A DNA stretch of 64,000 bases, from positions 9,818,101 to 9,882,100 of the forward strand of contig NC_092677.1 in the NCBI RefSeq assembly GCF_964355755.1, in the 5' to 3' direction. The DNA comes from Antedon mediterranea. Lineage: Eukaryota; Animalia; Echinodermata. Both the position numbers and the translations under genes were made by a program. A model generated the notes under the pieces. It had not been told where the DNA came from. It worked only from the letters and a program-made list of their open reading frames with translations, and did no database searches. Position 1 is the stretch's first letter. The number at the start of each line of letters is the position of its first letter. Positions 1 to 14,418 of this stretch are shown here, piece after piece.

Positions 1-2928
1 AGAAATATACTATTTCTTGTCCCAAAGGATGCATGTTATTTAAGTATACCCTAAATACATATTAATTAATAATCATTATGTCAACTAATGGCGCAACATA
101 AGCAACATATTTGGTTTAGGATGTGAAATATACAAAGTCATGTTCTCCACTTACAGATACTTTTCCCTCGTTAAATATTCACTAATTGAATTTAAACAGC
201 ATTGTATTAATTATTTCCCATACAGTGCATGCACTGCAAGTCTATATTTACCAAGTTTGAGCTAAATAATCAACAAAGTGCATGGGGCACTGTTCACTGT
301 CAAAATTAGAATACGTCGTCTGCTATCACTAAACACTGTCGTCCGCCATAACTAACGCTGTCGTCCGCTTAGATATGCAGTTTTTGTATGTCATCTCTGT
401 TTCATACCTCCTAGCTTCTATAATCTGTTAAGTTGTAGTGTGTTCTTATTTCAGAAAGTTAATTAATTTTTTATTATTTCTATTATTAATGCCAATTATG
501 TGATAATTTGATACATAGATCATGTCTGGAAAACATTTAGAAATTAAAACAATACTGTTCAAGAGTTTCCTTGTAATTATCTTTGTCAAATAATACTGGC
601 TGATTATTAAAGTATTAATAGTACTTGTTGGCGTAGAAGATTTTAGCTTGAGAGTTTGAGAACGAGTTTTACAAAGTTGTCAATTCATTAACAAATAATT
701 TGTTAAACATTGCTTAACTGTTCTTTATTGTATGATTGTTCACACCAGAATTGGAATGTTTTTGTTTCCCATTAAAAAGAGAGATCAATCATGTTCTCTA
801 TTCAATAGTATACCATAGGAATACTACATTGAACTATATAAAGTGATGCATTAAAAAATGTCTTGTCTCCCAAATTATGATTACGCCATTCTGTAGTATT
901 AATGAAGTTATTCACTTTTGAAACAAACAAAACAAAAATTATGATATCGATTATAAAAAATCAAATTTAACCAGAAACTATGGATTTGCAGGCACTTTTG
1001 GTTTTGTCAGTTACGATACATATTTTTTTTCCATCTAATTTTTTGTCAAAGTGAGTAAACATACACATAAAATGGCCAAAAAATATTTATAAAAAAAATT
1101 TCAGGTTAACAATCATGAGAGGATCCATGATTTTTTGGGAGCATTACCTTTGTAATATTAAATCTTTGGCAAAAATAGATAACAAAAAGTAGGCCTAGTT
1201 CATAATTTCATTGTAACTGTCAACAAGTGAGCACACGCGCCCATACGCTATCCCTGTAATCTAGTTGTTTAATATATCCATGGTATACTTTAATACCAGC
1301 AATATATTCATCAGCAAAGACACACCCCTGCTTCTTATTTAACATTTGTTGTCCCAGCTCACAATTATACGAATGTATATATCTGCAATTCATCTATAGC
1401 TATCAGCTTGATAAAAAAAAGTGTCATAAATATGAAACTTAGGATGGGTGTGGATTCCTTTCTAATTATCTATAGTCTCCGTGCAGACTGCAGATTGGTT
1501 TTCAATCCGACATCAACAGACATTAATGTCAGATGAATTTTTAATTTGCGTCATGTGTTTGGTGTTGTACAGATTTAGGTATAAATAAAGTTGTTTTGAT
1601 ATTTGACGAGTTGATAGATGTACTTTAATCGTTGGAGTAAAAAATATACATTTATCTAGCAGCTCAGCTTACACGCACTAGAGTTCCGTGCATGTTTAAG
1701 CCTATCCAAATCCATTGGCAGTAAGTGCTAATTGTTTGGTCAGTTATTACTCTCTTATACCTCCGTTTAATGGTAGACAAGCTCTTCTTATTGGAAGTGT
1801 ATCAAATGTTTAACAGTGTAGTTTTAAATAGATTTCAGAATACTAATTTGCAAAACTGCATTGTAATTCCGATAGACCAATTTTTCACTGTGACAAAGAA
1901 AAAAAGCGTTCTTACTTGAAAAGAGTCATTGTCGCAATCAAATAAAGTCTGGCCTACTTACCATGGCTATTTTTGAACTATAATTATTTCATGATTTAAA
2001 TAATAATCTATTCCACCTAAAATGTTAAACATTAAACACAGTTTATAGATTTTTTTTTTTAAATACAGTATTTGTGTTTATACTGAACTTAAACCAAAAT
2101 TAAAATCTTTTACCTATTTAATCTCTCCATCCAACCTCCCTCAACCCTCCCCCCCCCCCCCACATTCCCCAATTTGTTCGTCGTCCTTCAATGTGTAAAT
2201 CCACTTAATCTGTACACACCTCCAAAATACCACAAGATGACGAGCCACTTTCTGCAGGAAATTATCTCATTACGCAGTTATCATCATGGCGGATGATGTG
2301 ATAATTTAATCACAAGTTTTATCATATTGCGGATGACACGAAAAAGAACAACTTTTAGTGCCGTCAATTTGACTAATTGACGTTCAACTGCATTCAGCTG
2401 TGTAACACCATACCCCCAAGCTGTGGAAATGTTTATGTAAAAAGCGTGTTGGCTTATTTAGGGATTTTCTGTAAGTTGTAATTATTAAGCAAACGTAAAT
2501 TGTGATGATGGGAATTGATGATAGCGTAATTTGTCTGAATGAAAGTGGTTGGCATTGGGACAGATGTGCGATACGTTACCCAGAAAATCATCAATTAAAT
2601 GATTAAACCTTCACATGACATTCCAATTTAACATTTTTTTAATTTTAAAAATTCTATTCAAAGGACAGATTATTATACTTTCTCGGTTTAAAATGTAGTT
2701 TGGATATATTTTGAAAGATGGAAAATGTTAAATAATAGGGATAAATCTATACTTAAAAATATTTTAAGTGCATTATTTCTTTATTATAAAACCACAACTG
2801 CAATAATTCGCCAATAAACAAAGGGTTAACATTTCAACAAACAAAGAAAGTACTTTGCGCTTAAATTGACAAAACAAAAACTTGAAATAAATATTTAAAA
2901 TGTCTTTAATATATTCTATTCAAAATTC

Positions 2929-3080
2929 TATACAAATATTACACAGGCAATATATACAAATATTACACAGGCAATATATACAAATATTACACAGGCAATA
3001 TATACAAATATTACACAGGCAATATATACAAATATTACACAGGCAATAGATACAAATATTACACAGGCAATAGTATACAA
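2929..3080. repeat. 24-bp minisatellite (ATACAAATATTACACAGGCAATAT) x~6
   Basis: Direct tandem copies are visible; they produce the spurious (CLCNICIY)n ORF. Confidence 0.95.
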
Positions 3081-3341
3081 ATAATGAATGTTTATGAGTG
3101 CAATGGTACAAATAATGGCACGAGGTGAATGATGAAAGGTTATATCAACGAGGCAAATGATGAAAGGTTATATTTCAACGAGGCGATGAGCCGAGTTGAA
3201 ATATAACCTTTCATCAAAATATTACACAAAAATGTTTCAAAAAGTACTATTTAACGATCGTTGAATAGTGCGTACTATTGCACGCCATGTGACCCACATT
3301 CGTCCAATCAAATGACAGGAATTTATATAGGTGTTATATAA
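3078..3341. mobile_element. Unclassified non-autonomous repeat core with strong hairpin, embedded between two 24-bp arrays
   Basis: Perfect 22-bp inverted repeat 3158-3179 / 3195-3216 (TGATGAAAGGTTATATTTCAAC) around loop GAGGCGATGAGCCGA; near-palindrome at ~3247-3270. Assignment as a mobile element is inference. Confidence 0.5.
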
Positions 3342-3662
3342 ATACAAATATTACACAGGCAATACAGTATATACAAATATTACACAGGCAATATATACAA
3401 ATATTACACAGGCAATATATACAAATATTACACAGGCAATATATACAAATAATACACAGGCAATATATACAAATATTACACAGGCAATAGATACAAATAT
3501 TACACAGGCAATATAACATGTCAACACATTAGGGAAATATATACAAATATTACACAGGCAATATATACAAATATTACACAGGCAATATATACAAATATTA
3601 CACAGGCAATATATACAAATATTACACAGGCAATATAACATGTCAACACATTAGGGAAATAT
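3342..3662. repeat. Second block of the 24-bp minisatellite with internal duplication
   Basis: Same unit x~12; the segment AACATGTCAACACATTAGGGAAATAT occurs twice (~3515 and ~3637). Confidence 0.95.
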
Positions 3663-6600
3663 ATAGTCATGTGATACCATTTTGACCAATCACATTTACA
3701 TATTTACATAGGTTATATGATATAATATTGCAATACATGGTATGTTGTGAGTATACATTTGTGATATTTTTAAAATCCTAAGTTGACAGTATGAAAAATG
3801 ATTGGGTAGAAATTATCACCTGATGAAATTCTGAATTATATTTTCATAAACTTTTCACATCATCCGTCTGGGGTCAAATCTTTGCCACCCGTCATCCTCT
3901 GGATTAGTTTTGTAATACTCTAGACAGGTCATGTTGCCATTTATACCCCGAATTATCGACATTTCAATCTTTGCCATCAATTATGTAATCAGTATCTTGA
4001 CGATTTGATGTGTAGTCACCAGCAAGTTGAAGGCTTCCCCCTTAAAAAAATATCGCTTTTCCTAACTTGTTGACCTTTTAGATGCGATCCATTCCCAAAA
4101 GAGATTTCAGTGTGTGTTTTCTAAATTCCTAGATTAAGTTGTGTCCATTGAGGTAGTCGATGTTGGTTATTCAACCAAAATGAGATGATGAACGTTTTAA
4201 AAATACATTTTCTGTTTAAAAACTTTACTTTTTAAAATTCTTAAATAAATTAAATAATGAACCACAGTTAGGAGACATTTTAGACTAGGGGGTTTGAGCA
4301 TGAAGAGGAGTTTGCTGTAATGATAAAATATTACCCAGGCGTAACAAAGAGACCTCTGACCCCTGGTTTAGGAACCCTAAATGGCCTTCCAATGCTGGAG
4401 GCCTTTGAGGCTTTAGCATTTTTTGACATATAATTTTAATGCCTTTTTTCTATGTGGGCCCTGCGCCATATAAGCTTCAGAACGCCTAGGTTTAGCCAGT
4501 GAGCATTCATAGCCAACCACCCTGTTGAAAAATTTTAACTTTTTATCACAACACCAATTATCCCCTGAAAATAGCTCTCCCAAAAAAGTGTTTCGATGCT
4601 TGGTGGTGGAATCAAATAAAACATTGATTAACTAAGTGATAACTGTGCCCGAGTAAATAACAAACTTGAAATGACCCAATATATATAGCTTTTAAGTTGT
4701 TTTTTTTAACTTTAATAAGATTTTTTTACTAATTTGAACTAGAAACTATTGACATTTCAACAATATTAAATATCCCGATAATCCAATCAGCTTAATAATC
4801 AACCTATTAATTATTAAATTAATAACTAACATATGACAAACATATGATTAGCTAAGTTTTAGTAATATTTCTTTCACTTTTGTATTAGAAATTTATTTTG
4901 CACCCCCTCCCCTTCTCAATGGAGATTAGTAAACTCTTTTAGTTGGATGTTATCGTGTTTAGATCGTTACTAATCATGAGTGTACCTTAATGGGCAGTCA
5001 CCTAATTGCATTTAATGTGGCGTCACCAACAACTGTATGTTGCATGGTCACTTCCCCATGTTTAAATTAGCCATTGCGATTTCGCTAAAACATCACAAAA
5101 AAATTCTTGTTATAGCAGACATGTATCCTGCTATAATTACTAAATTATACGTTAAACTTGCTTTTTCTTGTTCCTGTAAGAAACCTGCATACCTATTTTT
5201 GGTTGCTGACACGGAAGCCATCTGTAAAAGTTGTTATAACGTGCGGTTCAAATTGAAACCTTCCGCTAATAATCGTCCACAGTGCATTTCCTGTTTAGTT
5301 TATCTCGTCGTTCAGTGAAATTTTCATCCTAATCTTTTTACTAAATGGTGGAATAACTTTTCGTTTTAATCCGATTCGCATTTACAATTTGTGATTGAAG
5401 TCCTTGAACTTCTTGTGGTCACATGATACTTTTTTCACAGTTGCTAAGAGTTGTCAATGAAATTAAGTTTGACGGGTTTGATCGCTGGACCGTGTCAAGT
5501 AAAACAATTTTGACATTTCAATGTGTTAGGCCTGCAACAAATTAGTAGAACAATCTTAGTCGTTATTCACAAATAGATTGTTGTGTTTATATTTGTATTC
5601 ACAAATGAATGGAAACAATTATGTGTTGAAATATGTAGTCGGTCAAATTTGACATTTAATATTATAATATTTTTTGTTATTCCACAATGGGAAAATCTAA
5701 CATTATTGAAAATACAAGATAACATTTAATATTTTTTATTCCAATCCCAGTAGACAACAAAAAAACTATTCTGATATGATTGTCCATCCATAGTAAATAA
5801 AATTCATATTAAAACACAAGAAATATAATTTTAGAAGGTATTGTACATTCAGCTATAATATTTTCATGGAAAAACACCACAGTAAGTCCCCATGTAAAAA
5901 AATATTCGTTTACATCACATTCTAAACAAATCAGAGTGTTTTTTTTAATCTGTTAATTTATCCCAACTACTGTAGGTTTCACTATTTTGTTTGCAGAGGT
6001 ATAACTTTTTGGATTTTGGAGAGATCAGAAAGTCTAAGCTATTCAATCTGATAAGCACACAATTGAACTATTTACACGCATTTTTACCGATTTTTTTTCT
6101 TCAATTATATATCCATGATCTTTCGTATGTGGAACATCATTTGACATTGGTTTTGTCCTATAAAAAATCAATTTCTTTGTATGACCCATTTCAGTGAATT
6201 TCTATGAATCCAAAATGAGCTATGCTGCAATGACATATGACTGTTACTCTAATTGTCAAGTTATTCTGCCTTTATTCCTGTTTGTAATAATTAGGCTAAA
6301 TGCATTTTAAATCTCTCTGACGTTGATAAATTGTCACGTTATCGGCCACCACGTTTGTTATGCGTCGTTAATCGACGATCATGTTGTCAGGTTTTGTAGA
6401 AAGCGTAACGACCATGTACATCTGGCGCTGATTGAGCTAATGCATTTGTGAGATTTTACAACCGATTTAAATTTCTTTTAACGTTAATTTTTAATGGAAA
6501 CTAAGGAGGTATTATTTAAGATGCGCCGAGCACCTTTTCTTTGTTTTCTCCCTTTGGCATGTATTAAGTAAAAGTATTAAATGGAATCTTCAGATATTTT

Positions 6601-6907
6601 TGCATTTTGCGTTTCATAAAAAATGTTATAAACACAAAACTGCACCCCAGAAATATTTTATGTCTTTATAGGCCATTTTCTATTAAAAAATACCAACTGA
6701 ACATTCTTCCAAACAAAGTGTAGTAAAACTTTACCTGCAAGGCGATCTATGCAAACTGGTTCCTTCTTTATTAAACAGAAATGTTATTGAGTAGAGGTTA
6801 TGTTTACTTTTATCCCTGGCCTAGGTTTGAGGTACCGTACTGTAATTCTGTTGGAACTAAAAATTGCTACTGAAACCAGTTTACTGTACTAGAATGGCGC
6901 TTAGCAA

Positions 6908-7035
6908 GAATCAATTGGGAATCTTCAAAACCGTTTTAAAGATCCGGTCCCTTTTGTGGTTTGTGTGTGGAACCATTTCTGCAGGAAAGAAAAACCCTGT
7001 TTTTAAAAAGAGATATAATAAAACTGTATTCTGAA
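6908..7035 (+). mobile_element. Degraded fragment of the Harbinger-type MITE at 52518-53371
   Basis: AATCAATTGGG..AAACCGTTTT.AAGATC.GGT..TTTTGTGGTTT..CCATTTCTGC aligns with 53228-53350. Confidence 0.75.
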
Positions 7036-9630
7036 CATGCCCTAGGAAGTACGTATCTCTGAATGTAGGTAAGCTAAATTGTAGGTTGTATTTAACGCAT
7101 CGAGGTCGGTATAGTGTTCCTAAAACGATTTGGTGTCTTCTCACATAAGAACTTCATTAACTTCTAAATTACATTAAAGATTTTCTTGTTAACCTTTTGT
7201 TCAAGATTAACCAAAGCATTTAATTATCAAAATATCCCGTAGGCATCTTGACTGTGAATGATAATTGACTTAACGCTCGTCTGAAGTGTTTAAGCGAATG
7301 ACTAGCACAGTGTGTCGCCCCCTGGATACCACCAGATATCTGTTGCCGTGTCTTAGGACGGCACCATTTCTGCTAATTGCCAATTTATATTGCTATTAAA
7401 ACAATTTGGATTTTTGCCTTAAAGGTTAAGAAAACAGACAATAACAATGGAGTAACATGCTCATTCTTCAGTATGACAGTTGTAACTAGGCTGCCCGCTA
7501 GGCTGCGGCATTAAAACATGTAGAGTGCCCTCATTTGGAACATCTATAAAAGGACACCTCTATAAATAAACGATGGTCCATATATTTGTAGCACCTTTCA
7601 TCCAACCCTAACAAAGGTACACACTACTAAAAGACTACATTGTTCAATCTCAAATTGTATCACCTTGTAGGGGGTCCTGCTGTAATTTTATTTTATCAGA
7701 ACGGTCTGTACATACACATTTGACAAAGAATTTTTAATTCTTAGTAGTCATTATTCTAAATGTATGATTTTTAAAATGTAATTTTCATAAAATTCTGTAA
7801 CAAATTTATGACTATTATGAATGACCATTCTCAAACTTGCATTGCCCTACTTTTCAAAAGCTTTGCTGCTTTTTTTTTTCAAATTTTTGTAATTTATTAT
7901 TATGAAATGAAATAAATGTTACTCTTGACTTGAATGAATATTGGTATGGTATGTATGATTGTTTGACAACAATGAATTTTTTTTTTATTTTGCGAGCCCC
8001 AAAAGTTACCAAAGCAAATTACGATTTTCATTGCGAACTTGACTAACAGTTTAGTGTGACAGTTACCAGTAGGGGTCATTTCTCTTGCCGTAACCGATCG
8101 TTTCAAATCGCATTGATACGCTACAGGATTCAATCTATTTATCCAGCTGATTCGGAACGTGATGGCCACTGCTGCACCTGTCCATGTGTTTATTAAAGCG
8201 CATGGAATTTCAAAGTAAACACTACGGGCTGCCATGCCTTGTTGCCATGGTATTCATAAATTGCATGACCAATGGAGATGATATCGTTTGTATATTAGCG
8301 TTTTTTAAAATTTATTTTAAAGTTATTAAATAGTAAACAAAATAACCAATGCAGAAAAACATAAATAGTATTTGATAATTTCAATATTGAAATGTTTAAA
8401 GATTTTTTACATTAATATTTTAGTTGTTTATATTTACCGTAATATAGAAAGTATAAGACTAATAGCAATATTGTATTCCAAATTCCTTTCTAAATAAATA
8501 CAAAAATTATATTTTTAGCCTTCATTTCAGGCCTATTGTTTTCTTTTTTACTGTAATTTAAATTCTAGAGAAATATGCTTTAAATTTATATTTGCATTAA
8601 TTATTCAGGTTCAATATATTTTCACCAAGGTATATCAACATTTTCCAAAAATATTATCCATTATTATGAATTTTATTGAGTGTTATAGAGTGGAGACTAT
8701 ATGTCTTACATCGATCCTGTATCTAATAAATATTATTACTAGATTGTTATCTAAGCTTACTATGGGTTCCAATCTAACCACACGTAAGGCACATTGCTGC
8801 ATATATATGTCATACAAGCTCAGGCTAAAGAATTTCTATAATTTATTAAGACAAATCTCAAGTGGCGTAGCAGGAATGTTGTAATGACAGAAGACTTGCA
8901 GTGCCTTGGATACTGGAGAGCCTAGCCTTGATTCTAGGCCCCTGTCAGTTCATATTGCAAAAATCGTGCTGCAGACACGGTGAGCTTTAACAACATCTGT
9001 TGTTTGCGCGACACCTGTCTAAAGAATGTTGCAAATGTTTTTTTTTAAGCATTTATATGCTCTGTGACATATTATTCTACCACAGGTATAATTTATATAT
9101 TTGTAATAATACTTCTGTAAAAATCTATGTATAATAAGCAACAATAAATAATGTTAAAATAAATAATGAATAAATAAAAAATAATATTATAATACTTAGT
9201 GACTTTTCTCTAAGAATTCATAGAAATCAGACAAACTAAATTAGTAACCAAATTCTATCACTTTTTTCTGCCTGTCTCCTCTTGAAAAACCATGCTTTGC
9301 TAAATAAATTGCATTTGTTTCAACTGTAATATTAGTAAAATGTGAAAGATAGTGCATATTTGTTGGTCAATTTTGGTATTCTTTCTAAAGTTATAACATG
9401 CCATTCAAATTTCCACCATAGAAGTCTACTGTAAATCTAATTTTTTTTTTCTGTGAAGTAATTTTTTTTGGCAAGAAAGCAAAACAATTGACAATATAGG
9501 TCAGTAAAAACATTTACCAGACAACAATAAAATGAAAAGATAATCTGGTGGGAAATTAAATTGACAAAGATATTTTTAAACTGGTGACAACGTACAAAAA
9601 ACAGAAGAAAAACATGAATATTATTATTAA

Positions 9631-10256
9631 AGACCCCTTCCCTGCAATTTTGGACGTTTTTTGGAAAATAATACATATATATCACTTTAAAAACATTAAA
9701 CCATGTCATTTCTTGTCTTAAATGTACGTTTTATGGTAAATTATGATAAAAAGTGAGAAACAATGCACTACCTAAGTAGCTCGCGGCGATCGACCTCTCG
9801 TGGACGGTCTTAGGCCTAGCCTAGCTAGGCTTAGTTTTGTAGGCCTAGCTGGTAAACATCGGTAACGTACGAACATCGTACGCGAGCTATATACCTAGCC
9901 TGACGTTGTATAGTTGCTGCATTAATTGTCTTTCTATTTTTGCCAGACTCCGTTGATACAAATTGGGGAAAACCCGGTATTTTCGCTGAAAAGTTAGGAG
10001 TCTTTCATTTGTTTTGGCCTCACGATCGATCGAAAAGTGGGCGAATTACAGGTGAAAAACAAAAATATCAATCCGCGCGCAATGCATTTTGGGATTTATA
10101 GCGGGCCGCTATAATTATTAGAATCGACTTATTTTTCACATTTTTAACCATTTAAAGACGAAAAAAGTTATCGCAATAGGACCATATAGTATTATTTTTA
10201 CATTAAATATAGTTTGTGATCTTAAATTAGATCTAAAAAACGTAGGGAATGGGGCT
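9631..10256 (+). mobile_element. Kolobok-type non-autonomous DNA transposon (MITE), copy 1, 626 bp
   Basis: TTAA on both sides (9627-9630, 10257-10260); AG..CT termini; imperfect TIR AGACCCCTTCCCT / AGGGAATGGGGCT; near-identical to the copies at 49731 and 50488. TTAA TSD with RR..YY ends is the Kolobok signature. Confidence 0.88.
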
Positions 10257-10770
10257 TTAACTAAGCCTCCTGCATTTTTATAGACTGAAATTCAAGTTTT
10301 TTGCATAAGTGAATCTTCAAACCTCGAGATTTAAGCGTTCATGGTTTCCGCTAAAGATACAGCACATAACACAATTATAAAAGTGAGTTAACCAATAGCA
10401 AGCGACAGTGTGTATAATCTATCACTTGTGATTGGTCAAATCAATTTATTACACTTACATCATTGCATTGTGTCTCCAGTGGTAACCAAGGATACTATGT
10501 AAATAAAATTCCAAACAATTATATATATATATTTATATTTTTTTTCTTTTGTTCAAAGAGAAACTAAATGTTAAAAATTCAACTTTTTAGTTTTCACAAC
10601 CACAGATAATAGACATTATGAAAGTGAAATGTTTTATTAAATTAATTTTCATCTTCTATCATAGAGCACATTCATTTTAAATGTTTTAAAAATTGTTTAC
10701 TTCTGTAAATAAATGTCAAGTTTTAGTTCTATGATGATTTTGTAAAAATAAACAATTTATCTTTTTCCAG

Positions 10771-10833
10771 ACAAGTATACACATGCTGTAGGAATGTCGC
10801 CCTCTATGGACCAGTGGTGCCATAAACTCAAAG
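10771..10833 (+). CDS. Candidate 63-bp symmetric (phase 1-1) internal exon of an unidentified host gene
   Basis: Acceptor ATCTTTTTCCAG| and donor AAG|GTTTGA; only one frame open (xKYTHAVGMSPSMDQWCHKLK). No recognisable homology. Confidence 0.25.
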
Positions 10834-11478
10834 GTTTGAACTTTACGTTTACTTTTAATGTACGGTATTTCTGTTTAGTAAATGAAAATATAATAATTAT
10901 GTTTATATTCCATTTATGCGCATTATAGTATTATTATTCATCATACATCTGATCTAAAGAAACTTGTCCCACAACCCTCTAATGTGGGCCAAAATGTCCC
11001 GGAAGACTAGGTTGAAACATCGCAGAGCAAAATAACCCCGATTCCTTCATAATTAATCCCCAAGTTGATGTTAACATTGCTTTGTTTGTTATAGCCCAGA
11101 CTGAAGTTTTTAGTAAGAAGTATCAGTTTAATAAAATATTTAAGATGTGTGAAAAAACATGGGATTTTTTATGTGTGACCTGAGAGCCTATAAAGGGTTG
11201 CAATGAGCCTCATGCCAGATACTCTAGCATGTGGCATCCTCGGCCACAGCTCTCCATTTACTACTCGACCAGTCTCTTTTGTAGCGGCGTACCATTTGGT
11301 GTCACTCCATTGACATCATTCAATTAAACTTGGCTTTCTTAATCTTGAGCCCTCTTTAATTTAAAACCACAATATGTTCTTTTGAAGGTTGCGGCCCAAA
11401 GCTCTCAATTTACTCATTTTCAGCTACTCTCATTGTATCATTTAGAATCACTCCATAATTTGGCATCACTTAACCCTC

Positions 11479-11603
11479 TCTCTGTCTACACTATCAAAGT
11501 TTATGTGACAAGTGTGATGTGCCCAAATATGGTAGTGATATGACATCACCATGTCCATATATGGGCACATCACATTTTTTTGTCACATAAACTTTGATAG
11601 TGT
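11479..11603. mobile_element. ~150-bp MITE family (TIR AGCTCTGTCTACACTATCAAACT), copy
   Basis: CTCTGTCTACACTATCAAAG...TTTGATAGTGT with internal inverted GTGATGTGCCCA / TGGGCACATCAC. Confidence 0.85.
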
Positions 11604-14391
11604 GATCAAGTAATATTCTTTTTAACTATGTATTTTGTGTTTGTAATCTGAATGGTTGTTTGAAAGAAAACAAGCTGACAATCTGAAGTAAAAAATGACA
11701 GAAGCAAGCTGGTTGAAAACCTTAAGGCAGTGTATTCACTTTATCATCACCTAAATTAGCAATATTACTTTGGGACCCCCTATCAGCGTGACATAAAACA
11801 TTTGTGACAGAAAGAGACCTATTACTGAATACAATGTGTCATTGTTTACATTTCAATGACTGTACTCACATTTCTTTTTATATGGCTTATCTTTCTCGAA
11901 ATTGTATTGTATATAGGCTTATTGTTAAAATGTAGTACTATTAAATACATTTTTATTTTATTGTGATATTGCAAATATTTACCCTGCTAATCACTAAGGA
12001 CACATGCAACATTTTGTTAAAAATTTAACCTGGAAAACCCTATGGTAACCATCATGTTCTGCTGTATGTATTTAACCACAAGAACTAGCAACGACATTTT
12101 AAAAGAATTTTCTTGCAATGGAACCTGTCTTTATCTCTCGCTGGTTAAACCTGTTACTACGCATCACCCATCCAACATACTTGACGTAAATTACCTCTTG
12201 TTGTCAACCAAACACCTTTCTACCTAAGATGTCGTGACTTTAATTTGCATCAAGAAATGTTTTCAATTTACCTCAGCCTGTGCACTGTCGCCTAAATCTC
12301 ACCTGCCACTAACAAGTGCAAGGGGTTGCACCTGTGAGGCATAGTTGACATGTACATCTCTTCTGTCGCAACTTTGATCTTGGCAAACTTTGTTTGCAGG
12401 AAACTCTGTAACCTAGAATATTTTATTTACTTTCATTGAGGGTAATCTGTTAACTGTAGATCTATGGTATTACTTTCTAGCCGGTCTATGCACCTAATTG
12501 CGGGTAAATAGGATGCAGTTGTGTGGGTTTTGTTCTGGATTTTGTAGCTTTTAGGTTAATGTATTTAATCTATTGGTGTTTGGTATTTATTTCAGTTAAT
12601 CTTTGCCTATAGATATCCATCACAAGTTTGTAAATTACAAGCACGGTCACAAGCAACTATGTATGGATGTATGTAATACTGTATTCCATACAAATTCCTA
12701 TCTTTTATATGTTTCCAACAGAGTTCATTTGAGAATTAAGTTCATAATCCAGAGAGTTGGTATACACGATTTAACGGTCAAAACGCGAAGTGGCTTTCCC
12801 ACTGTGTAAGTTCATAGATAAATGCTTTTTTAAGCTAACATTGTCCTGTTAATTCCGGTGTTAATTTGAAAAATTCTCTTTAATTTCTAACCCTAAAATT
12901 AACTATTGATTTCATTTATCTAAAATAACTGTATTTAATATTACAGTCAAGTAATTTTCTTTGAAGAATTAATCTGAAAAATATTGATAAAAACATCTAT
13001 ATATGATTTTACAATTTGCTAGTGAGCAAAGGACAGGTTTCACCCAATTCGAGGTGAACTCTTTTCATTCTGACAATTAAGATATAGACTCAAGGCAAGA
13101 ATACAGTATAAACAAACCTAACAAATCCATCATTGCTTGTAAAACATCTTGTTAACAACAACAAAATAACGACTGAGATGAATGGAAAGATCCGGAATGA
13201 ATGATGAATACATGAAATGCATTTTTTAAAGCAATATTGATTGCTAAGGTGGAATAATACAAGAATTTCTTTTACAATGATTGCTTGCGGTGAATGCAAA
13301 CCTCTTTGCGCTAATTGCTAGGGGTATACGATGAAAATGAAAATCCTTTACAGAAATTGCTCAAGGTGTTGAACTTGTAAAGACATCCATGCTAAGGTAC
13401 GAAAGAAAGATTTTAATCGATTAAGATGAACAAGAACATCTTGATAGCTTGAGGTGTATCAGACGTCCTTTAAATGATTTCCGAGGAGGTTTTAGAAAAA
13501 CTCTTTTAGTTTCATTACAGGGGGAAGTTGATGATGGAAAAGCAAGGGGACACTTTCTTGACCTCAAAATAGTTTCCATTAGAGAACACAAATCATTAGT
13601 AAAATAAACATCAATCAGGGTATGTTATAAATGGTTATGTATTATGTAAGCTTTAGGTTTTAAATTAACATGAATTAAATGATGAGATAGAGGTCGCGAC
13701 CTCCCACGTACACTTGTCTTTAAGCAGTGCACGAAATAGAGAGTAAACAAAGGATTGTGTTTCTAACACTCAATCAAAATATGTTTTTACGCAAATTATA
13801 TTGTATCAAACGTCATCTGAATTTGAATTGAGTCATCTGAATTTGAATTGAACAATGCTTAGACTATTTGAGATAGCAAAACTTTGCTTTGCCATCGTTA
13901 AATAATATACATTTGTTAATAATAATAGAATACTATAGTATCTGGATAAGAGTAATTAATAAGTTATCTGGGTTATCAAGAAGGCTTTCAGCTGACAACA
14001 ACACAAAACATTGTTAAAAACATTCAACATTGTTTCTAATAAACGCAATAATGTAAGCTTTCAACATGTCATTATTTTATTAAGTTCTGTGTACTGTAGC
14101 TTTGAAAGAAGACGGCTTTTATCGTACAGTGGCGCATGTCCTTTATATCAGTCAAACAATATTATTACTACTCTACCTGTCTCTGACATTGCTTGCATCC
14201 TTTGGATGGGATGTAAAGCTGTTTGTTCTGTTGCAATATAAAGAATTTGGTGTATTATCCGCAAGAAATATATAAGATAATCATTAGACGAGGCACTCGA
14301 AACTACTCTCTCGTACTGAAGATGACACCCAGAATGAAGTAAATCAAAAACATACGGTACTCGGGAAGAATATTCTTATTAATAGATTAAT

Positions 14392-14418
14392 CATGGAGGT
14401 AAAAAATAAACCTCCATG
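14392..14418. mobile_element. 27-bp CATGGAGGT..ACCTCCATG mini-element/footprint with 7-bp TSD
   Basis: 9-bp inverted arms flanked by GATTAAT on both sides. Confidence 0.55.

Noticed and set aside
2920-3641. Cys-rich / metallothionein-like ORFs (CLCNICIY)n
   Set aside because: Translations of a 24-bp minisatellite that is open in several frames on both strands.
9627-10260. piggyBac assignment for the TTAA-flanked MITE
   Set aside because: Termini are AG..CT, not the CC..GG typical of piggyBac; fits Kolobok better.
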